Origin: Eledone cirrhosa
Taxonomy: Eukaryota
Direction of reading: 5' to 3'
Assembly: GCA_964016885.1 (NCBI GenBank)
Contig: OZ024745.1
Coordinates: 120,652,001-120,716,000 of the forward strand
DNA length: 64,000 bases
Part shown: positions 54,670 through 64,000 of the stretch, one piece after another
Numbering within the stretch: the stretch's first letter is position 1
How the letters are laid out: each line of letters begins with the position of its first letter
Translations under genes and position numbers: made by a program
Notes under the pieces: model-generated
Databases searched by the model: none
What the model saw: only the letters and a program-made list of their open reading frames with translations
What the model was told of the DNA's origin: nothing

Positions 54670-56860
54670 GAACAAGCAGCTGGAAAGAAAGGGGTTTGGG
54701 GATGTGCTGAACAACTCCTAATCAACAAAACTGCGATGTCGGAGGTGCGACAACTTAGGAGGAATATGACTACAGTCATGCTGGACTACAGGAAAGCTTT
54801 CGATTCTGTTCCCCACTCTTGGATGATAGAGGCCCTCCAACTTGCTAAAGTCCCAGACATTATTGTCAGAGCCATAGAGAGGCTATCCTAAGGTTAAAGA
54901 CAGAGAGGGAGGACTCTATTTTCACTGATAAAATAAAATATTACAGGGGTATATTTCAGGGGGACAGTCTCTCTGTGATATTATTCATCTTGTCATTAAA
55001 CCCCTTGTCCTTTCTGCTCAAGAAATGTGAGGGATACATCATTGGCTCACAGGACAAAAATACGAGCCTAACCCATAATTTTTTTGTGGACGATCTGAAA
55101 CTCTATGCCAAGAAAATGGATGGGATGAAGATAAATCTTGACCTGGTTACAACGTTCTCAAAGGATATAGGAATGGAGTTTGGCCAAGATAAATGCTCAA
55201 ACATCACTGTAAAGCCGGGAAAAACAACAACCCAATCTAGCAACATTGTCATCAATGGCCTAACTGTTTCACTGATATCTGATGAGGACTGCTACAGATA
55301 CCTGGGGATAGATGAGAACATATCCGATAATGGTATCTGTAATAAAGAACGCGTAACCAGGGAATACTACACCTGATTAAGAAAGATCTGGTCATCGGAA
55401 CTCTCTGCGCAAAACAAAACAGTGGCTCACAATGTGTTTGCTGTGCCTGTCCTAACACCAACGTTTGGAATACTCAATTGGACAATAGACGAAATCCGAG
55501 CAGTTGGTGTTTGAACTCGAAAAATACAAAACAACACCGGAAACTTCCAAATCAACAGTGACATAGACCGCCTTTACTTGAAACGTAAGAAGGGAGGCAG
55601 AGGCCTAACATCAGTCCAGACAACATTTGAATGTCACATCATATCTCTCCGACAACATCTACGAACCTCGAAGCGTAGGAGCCCGTTTCTCGAGCAAGTC
55701 TATCTGCATGAAACAGATAAGATCATGAGAGTTGGGAAGGAACTCCTCGAGAGATATTCCCTGTATGATAATCAAAAACTCACACCCAAGGATGTCGCTC
55801 AGCAGTATCGCAGTGAATTCATTGATGAAAAACTGAATGCTTATCAGCAAAAAATCATGCATGGATATGTTGCCAGGAAGCTCCAGAGTGAGAGTAATAT
55901 AGATAAGGAAAGTAGTCTATCTTGGACCAACAACCGCTATATTGGCTCCCACGTTGAAGGATATGCTTTTGCAATCCAAGAACAGGAGATTAACACGAAA
56001 TACCTGATTCACAAAAGAGATAGGGATGCAGGCAAAACACCTAGATGTGATAACAAGTGCAGACTCAGCAGAAATAACATCGAGGATATCACCCATGTCA
56101 TCAGCAGCTGTCCAAAGATGTCATCGCAGTACTATCTACCTTTGAGGCATGATGTAGTGGCCAAAACACTGTACAATGCAGTTCGTAAAAAAGATAGCCC
56201 CGATAGTAAACACATTAAAAGCTACAGCAATGTGGAAGACATCCATGTACATAATATGAAAGAGTACTGGTGGAATGTTCCAGTAAAAACCCCAATAAAA
56301 TGCAGACATAACAGACCAGATATTATGATATGGGACAGGGAGAAGAAAGCATGCACAGTAGTGGAAATTAGCTGCCCAGCAGATGCCAATATAATATCAA
56401 AGATTAGTGAAAAGGAGAATATTTATGCAGAACTGGTGAGAAATTTGCAGAGACTCCACCCTGATTACACCTTCAGATTTATGCCTGTGATTATTGGGGC
56501 ACTGGGGTATGTTAGTAACTGCCTCAATACAAATCTTGAGAAAGGAACAGAAAGAACACAACTAGTTAGGAAATTACAAGTACAATCCATTAATGGAACA
56601 GTAAAACATTCCAGAAATGTTGCATCTAATAACTGCATATACACATGTACAGATGCAAAGCATATACACATGCACACATACAACTCAAAACATACACATC
56701 CACACATACAATAACATCCATATCTACACATGCATGCATACATACATATCTATCTAGTTGATGTTGTGTAAGTTCCAATGAGAGAGTCTTGCGTCTGTGT
56801 TAGAAACCGACTATCTCTCTATTGGTAAAAATTTGTGAAATTATAAAACCAGAAGAATAT
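54670..56860 (+). mobile_element. 5'-truncated R4/Dong-clade non-LTR retrotransposon (RT, CCHC knuckle, restriction-like endonuclease), disrupted
   Basis: EQAAGKKGVWGC, DYRKAFDSVPH, GIFQGDSLS, FFVDDLKLY, YRYLGI, GGRGL, KCRL...HVISSC, RHDVV, RPDI, EISCP; internal stops and frameshifts; inserted in TA/CA microsatellite. Confidence 0.92.
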
Positions 56861-56956
56861 ACACACATACACACACACACATATATATATATATACACAT
56901 ATACATACATATATACACACACATATATATATATATACATACATACATTCATTTAT

Positions 56957-56992
<36 letters not shown>

Positions 56993-57008
56993 ACATACAT
57001 TCATTTAT

Positions 57009-57044
<36 letters not shown>

Positions 57045-57244
57045 ACATACATTCATTTATACACACACATATATATATATATATATATACATACATTCAT
57101 ATATACACCTATGTATACATACATGTATATAAATACATATATACAAACACATTCTTATACACACATACGTACACACATTCATGCATAAAGAAAAGCTTAA
57201 CATTTTACTGCAACAATTTCTTTAATGGAGATGATCTGTAGAAG

Positions 57245-58786
57245 AATGTAAAACATCTTCGCTACACACACTCGTGTACTATATATAACCAAATGTAAAA
57301 CATCATAGCCACACACACTCGTGTACTATAACTAAATGTAAAACATCTTCGCTACACACACTCGTGTACTATAACTAAATGTAAAACATCTTCGCTACAC
57401 ACACTCGTGTACTATAACTAAATGTAAAACATCATAGCTACACACACTCGTGTAATATAAATGTAAAACATCATAGTTACACACACTCGTGTACTATAGC
57501 TAAATGTAAAACATCTTCGCTACACACACTCGTGTACTATAACCAAATGTAAAACATCATAGCCACATACACTCGTGTATTATAGCTAAATGTAAAACAT
57601 CATAGCTACACACACTCGTGTACTATATATAACCAAATGTAAAACATCTTCGCTACACACACTCGTGTACTATAGCTAAATGTAAAACATCTTCGCTACA
57701 CACACTCGTGTACTATAACTAAATGTAAAACATCTTCGCTACACACACTCGTGTACTATAACTAAATATAAAACATCTTCGCTACACACACTCGTGTACT
57801 ATAGCTAAATGTAAAACATCTTCGCTACGCACACTCGTGTACTATAGCTAAATGTAAAACATCTTCGCTACGCACACTCGTGTACTATAACTAAATGTAA
57901 AACATCTTCGCTACGCACACTCGTGTACTATAACTAAATGTAAAACATCTTCGCTACGCACACTCGTGTACTATAACTAAATGTAAAACATCTTCGCTAC
58001 GCACACTCGTGTACTATAACTAAATGTAAAACATCTTCGCTACGCACACTCGTGTACTATAGCTAAATGTAAAACATCATAGCTACATACACTCGTGTAC
58101 TATAACTAAATGTAAAACATCATAGCTACACACACTCATGTACTATAACTAAATGTAAAACATCATAGCTACACACACTCGTGTATTATAGCTAAATGTA
58201 AAACATCTTCGCTACACACACTCGTGTACTATAAATGTAAAACATCATAGCTACACACACTCGTGTACTATATATAACCAAATGTAAAACATCTTCGCTA
58301 CACACACTCGTGTACTATAGCTAAATGTAAAACATCATAGCTACACACACTCGTGTACTATAACTAAATGTAAAACATCATAGCTACACACACTCGTGTA
58401 TTATAGCTAAATGTAAAACATCATAGCTACACACACTCGTGTACTATAAATGTAAAACATCATAGCTACACACACTCGTGTACTATATATAACCAAATGT
58501 AAAACATCTTCGCTACACACACTCGTGTACTATAGCTAAATGTAAAACATCATAGCTACACACACTCGTGTACTATAGCTAAATGTAAAACATCTTCGCT
58601 ACACACACTCGTGTACTATAACTAAATGTAAAACATCATAGCTACACACACTCGTGTACTATAACTAAATGTAAAACATCTTCGCTACACACACTCGTGT
58701 ACTATAACTAAATGTAAAACATCATAGCTACACACACTCGTGTACTATAGCTAAATGTAAAACATCTTCGCTACACACACTCGTAT
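57245..58786. repeat. 43-bp minisatellite (aaatgtaaaacatcttcgctacacacactcgtgtactataact)
   Basis: About 35 copies with cttc/cata variants. Confidence 0.97.
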
Positions 58787-60589
58787 GCTAATAGTAAGTA
58801 CCAATAGTTCTTAATAACAACATATTGAAATGCGATAATAACGATAATTTCCTTAATTTCAATAAAAAAGTTTCAATATTTACTGTATAGTTTTGGTTTA
58901 AATACTTTTCCTAAATGCATAGGAAAATCGAAACCTTGCCTTGTATGTTTGGCCTTATTTGTGTGAGTGTGTGTACGTAAGGCTGGACTTATTTCTGTTT
59001 GTGTGTAAGAGTGAATTTATTTGTGGTTGTGTGTATGTTTGGACGTGTGCGAGTGTGTCTATTTAAGCGTGAACTTATTTGTTTGGGTTTATTTGTGAGT
59101 GTATGTATGTTTGGGTTTATTTGTGTGCGTGTGTGTTTGGGCTTATTTGTGTGTGTGTATTGAGGCTTATTTGTGTGTATATAAGTGAGTGTATACGTAA
59201 TAATAGAAATAATGACGCTAATAATAATGCTAAAAAATGAAGGCAAATGAGTCATGGGAGTTGATATATTAAAGTGAGAGGGAGGGAGATGAGAAAAAAA
59301 AAACCGCTCAACGCCCTGAATGTAAGTTTACCGTTCTATATGGCCTGTGCAAGTATGTGTGTGTGTTGTTTGTGTAAGTGTCAGACTATAAGTAGTTTCT
59401 GTTTGTCGTTTTCAGCACGATCCACCCCCGCTTCTTATGAATAACCAAACAGTAGCAGTGACTTTGGTTGGCAGCGACAACAGCCTTACAATTATTATTA
59501 ACCGCTGTATAAAAGTCATGTTATTGTAGTAGTTGTAATAGCAGTAGTAGTTGCAGCTGTAGGTGATAGAATTATAGTGAAATAAGGAATCATGCTATAA
59601 AACCTACACAGCTTACTTATTTTTATTTTATTTTCTATAATAGGGAGAAAAGTGGCATCTAATGTTGCACGGGTGTGGTAAAAACCACCTTTCTTTGACG
59701 AGAACGGATTAAACCCGTAGGTTTTATGTAAATTGATTTTCTCTAAATAAACATTTTATTTTGAAAATAAAGTCGCTACAATGCAAATAACTATAACAAT
59801 AGTTGATAACTATAAATAATAGTTGAATAAATCAGGTAATTGATGTTCTTGTGGAAAAATATAGTAATAAAATATTTATAGTGATTATAGGACAAGCTTT
59901 ATTTTCGGAAGCTACTGGCTTTGTGGTTAAGAAGTCTGCTCTGTAAACACGTGGTTCCTAGTTCGATCACAAAATGCGACACCTCGGACGGGTTGACTAA
60001 TACTTAACTTGTCAATAGAATTTAGTACAGAGAAACTATACACAACTCCATCATATATATGTGTGTGTGTATGAGTGCTTGTGTTTACACTCTAAAAACC
60101 GGTTTGTGTTTTACATGTGTGAAATATATATATGCAGGTATGATAATCTATGCGCAGTGTATATTTTTATTTGTTCGTGAGCAATGTCATTTGAAATTGT
60201 CACTAGGTTATTTCGTTCTATAATTTTATTTACATATGCACAAACGACAGTGACATTCGAAAGTTTATCAAGGACATTTTATAATATAATATATATATAT
60301 ATATATATAATATATATAGCTATAGAAAGATAGACAGACCGTATTTTAGGGTAAGGTGCTGGCGAAAAAGGGAGTGCTTGTTACTTTCATTCCAAGAAAG
60401 TGGGAGTGTTAGATAAATTTGTTTATATACTTTACAAATCACGAAACAAGTATTTAAATATATACGCCGTGTTTGCAAGATTTCGATACCCAGTAATGTT
60501 TCCTTAATGTAGATAACGCCCTTGAAAAAAAAAATGAATATCGCATTTTCCCATTCTCTTCGCATAAGCATCATGTCTATAACAAAAAA

Positions 60590-61150
60590 GATGCCGTGGT
60601 TTATCCCAGCACAGCTTTAATCGAGTATGACTTATACGATCAAAGGCGTTCCAGTGGTGACTATCCCATCTGTTTTTACTAGAATGTTCGTGTATCTTTG
60701 TTTAAGATTGTAGAATGTAATTTGAGCTATGAGGCTGCTATTTCTAACAGGTCGAGTATTGGCTTTTGAAATATTGGCTTAAATTGAACAGACGTATGAT
60801 AAAAACATTCCAGCCATGACTTTTTCGACTTAGTTTTCCAAGCAAAGTACATTGTAAGCTACATTACCCCACGTGTCCTATTTTAAGTCAGTGGGGTGTA
60901 CTTTTATGGAAATTTGACAGCTATTTTTAGCAAACCGAGGGACCACGATGAGTCCCCCTTATGTTACCATTGGTGTTTAGCTTTAAGTCAACACTGAACC
61001 TATGCTCAAAGGTATTCCAACCATGATAATCTTGTCGTTTTCCAATTTTCATGGAACTCAGGACCACATAACTCAACGTATCCTTTTTTGAAGATAAGGT
61101 TTAATTTGAAGATTTAGCTGCTACCTCTAGCAGGCCGAATGATCACGTAG
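60590..61150. mobile_element. Cluster of old SINE-like fragments
   Basis: Repeated (t)atgatcaaagg.attccagccatgac and gctgctatttctagcagg motifs. Confidence 0.5.
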
Positions 61151-61494
61151 AGACACTATATATATACACACAGCTTTCACTAAACTGACTCTACTTGGCA
61201 GACTATTATGTCTCCCTTCATATTCTAATGATTATACTATACAATGTATCGTTTCTAGTGCCTTCCATTCTTGCATTCAAATACGGTCGATGTCAACGTT
61301 TCCATTCATGCTTTCAATGTTGATAGACTAAGTACCAGTAATATATTAAAATTACATAAATAGGTAAATAGAATATATAGCTATCACAATTTCTCCACTC
61401 CCCTCGCCTAAATATCTCAAGGTTTCGTACCAATGAAATGTTATATATATATATATTTTTTTAATTAATCAATTAACATTACGAAGGCTGTACT

Positions 61495-61845
61495 GTTGCT
61501 CTAGCTGTTGAAACGGCCGGAGCTCAGCCGCCGGGTTCCCGATTTTTTTCATATTACATTCTCTGCTACCCTAAGTATCTAGTACTCTGGTGAGTAATGG
61601 TCTGACTGCTTTTCACCGCCTCCTATATATACATAGGAAAATGTTCAAGACCCCGACGGCAGAGCTCAAGCCGTTTCGACGGAAATAGACGTCCGGAATA
61701 GCGTTCAGAAATAGCGGTCTAAACGGCTTGAGCTCTGCCGTCGGGGTCTTGAACATTTTCCTATTACCCACTCTACTACCCAAAGTATTGAGTACTCTGG
61801 TACGTTATGGTCCACCTGGTTACTTACCACACTTCCTTCGTTTTA
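61495..61845 (+). mobile_element. Two tandem members of the palindrome-headed family
   Basis: 61495-61625 is a partial copy; 61633-61764 is a palindrome followed by tail ctctactacccaaagtattgagtac. Confidence 0.8.
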
Positions 61846-62700
61846 TATATATATATATAATGTGTGTGTGTTTTGTTTTTGTTTCGCCACTAGTCAACTC
61901 TGATCGAGTGGGACTATGATTGATTAAAAGCATTTCTAACCCTTTCCATTCCATCTGTTTAGCAATATCGAGAAGTACATTATCTAATTTTTAATCCCCT
62001 CGAGCCAGTCGCCAGGGATGCGGAAACTGGATGTCACCACTTTTAAATGGTGCGCCCTCAAATTTAGAAAATAGGGCTTTAAAAACACCCTCCTGAAATA
62101 CGTTCCTTGAATTAGAATGCCTACCTCGAATGTTCTGAAACCCCACCCCATCCACCGAGCACCAACGCCTAGTGACGGGTCTGCATCTCCTTAAAACGAT
62201 TTGGCTCATTTTTGAGAGGGAGGGGGTGTTAAAAGGGGTTTATCAACGGGTTGTTTTTTAATATATACACACAAAAAGTAGTGGGTTAGCTTTTATAATA
62301 GTGTAATACTTTCAGGATTTGGTCTGAGTTCAAATCAAGTAGGGAGTTAACTTCGTCTTTTATTTTTCGTGGGTTAAAATACTAGTGCGATCCAGTTGGT
62401 TTCCCCCGATAAAATTTGACCTTGTCCAAAAGAACATAGACATCAAAAATAGCTAATAGAATGTCTAATGCTAAGTTAATGGAAATTCTTTTCGTCTTAG
62501 CAATTTTGGAGAACTAAAGAAATAAACCAAAATACAATAATGAGATATAAAAAATAAAGGAAGAACAAGAGTTGAGTCATCAATTTTTTATCAATTCTTT
62601 CTACGATGTTAAGATATTGAGGTTAAGTTAATTAGTAAAATGTTCCGCATGAGGTGATGTTGATTACATACAACACGTAAGTTCGTTAGACTTGATTCAC

Positions 62701-63310
62701 CTGATAGGTGCTACATGATACTATGTTGGCAAATAATAGCATTTGTCACTGAAGATGCCACAGGAAGGCGCTTTGTGGAAGAAGGAAACATCAAATTTCT
62801 CATTTACCATACATAGACATAGATGGCAGCATAGAAAATTGAAATGTAAAAAAAGGTCCTTAACAATTTGAATATGAAATGCCCCCTCCCTCTTTTTTAA
62901 CCGCCCCTCTCTCTCGCCTGATCATGAGAGTCTGAAACCGAATAACTAACTCGCGGTTCCATCTCGAACATCATTAGCAACACATGACCTGACAAGATAA
63001 ATAACAGACAAAAAAGATCGATAAAATCGTCGTCGCACGATGTTAAAATCGAACTAGCAAAACGTTGATGTGTATGTGTGTAAATGTCTGTATGAAAGGG
63101 ATTGTGTTGGCTGGTAGAGACAGCAAGAAATAAGCCACGCTGAAAGAAAGAGAAATAGTGAGGGGGAAAGAGAATGGTGAAAATGAGAGAGAGAGAGAGA
63201 AACAAGAAGGAAAATGAGAGAAAAAGAGGAAAACGGGAGAGGATAAAAGAAAAAGGTAGAAGAAGAGAGAGAGAAGAAAAGAATGTTTCGTGTCGGCGCC
63301 ATTTTGAATA
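62701..63310 (-). other. Candidate first exon / 5'UTR of an unidentified minus-strand gene
   Basis: CAAAATGGCG at the 5' end, CT-rich leader, donor CAG|GTGAAT at 62701, CpG-containing unique sequence. Confidence 0.45.
63295..63306 (-). promoter_or_regulatory. YY1-type motif CAAAATGGCGCC near a probable TSS
   Basis: Exact YY1 consensus within a CpG-richer non-repeat region. Confidence 0.55.
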
Positions 63311-63881
63311 GATGTGGCGGCTGATTAAAGACGGGAAGCTATGTTAAGAAGTACCGGTGAGAGATCCACCTGCCCATACCAATTAGTCATCGAAGAATAA
63401 TATATAATAGAAATGCTAATGATGTCAAGCCGGTCAAGAGCAAAGAGACTGGACAAATGTAAAGTCTACAGATTTTAAATATGTACAAAAGAAAAAAAAA
63501 AGACTAATATATAAAATCTATTTTGATCATGAAATAAAATATAATACATTGTGTTAGTAAACAGCAGCGAGTTGCTTCTCTTGCATAGATATATAAGATT
63601 GCTGTAACGGTAAAAATCTATTTTCTTTGTAAAGTACTAATGTCAATTTAACCTAGCTAAACAGTCGATTTTTAGTGCTGCATTTCATTATATGACAATA
63701 TACACCCATTCAGATAATTATTATAAACATTATCATTATTATTACATTTATATATGATGATTTCAAACGAAGTTATTTCTAAATTAAATAAATATCTACC
63801 TTCTCTACTAATGTATCAAGTACCTTACTTAACTGTGATTCCATTCTATTTCTAATCGGAAAACCATTCTTAATTGTGTGT

Positions 63882-63912
<31 letters not shown>

Positions 63913-64000
63913 ATTAAGAATATGTATATGTATATAAATGTACATATATGTATGTATATATATATGTGTGTGTACATATATATATATATATATAATATAT

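Noticed and set aside
55578-56714. 378-aa ORF as a host gene
   Set aside because: C-terminal part of a disrupted R4/Dong retrotransposon that reads through into microsatellite
57245-58786. CRISPR-like periodic array (also 14385-15716, 16752-17255, 6810-7300)
   Set aside because: Pure tandem units with no unique spacers, no cas genes, eukaryotic context

Overview
AT-rich eukaryotic DNA dense in microsatellites and transposons. The repeat landscape (tRNA-head CORE-type SINEs, Deu/Nin-like SINEs, RTE 3' ends with (GAT)n tails, abundant (TA)n/(CA)n) looks like a coleoid cephalopod such as Octopus; this is inference, not a database result. I see no intact host protein-coding ORF. Almost all entries in the ORF track are microsatellite artefacts or decayed retroelement fragments (R4/Dong, CR1, RTE, Penelope GIY-YIG). 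A YY1-type motif, a rise in CpG and a splice donor near 62.7-63.3 kb suggest the 5' end of a minus-strand gene, with the rest of the window probably intronic. The most striking signal is a set of short islands embedded in (TA)n that carry type-I minimal hammerhead-ribozyme cores (8 loci plus several half-cores). Several have copy-specific fold-back palindromes and share a downstream TATTGAGTAC motif, consistent with Penelope-like or retrozyme-like non-autonomous elements. Coordinates were read by eye and element edges are approximate.
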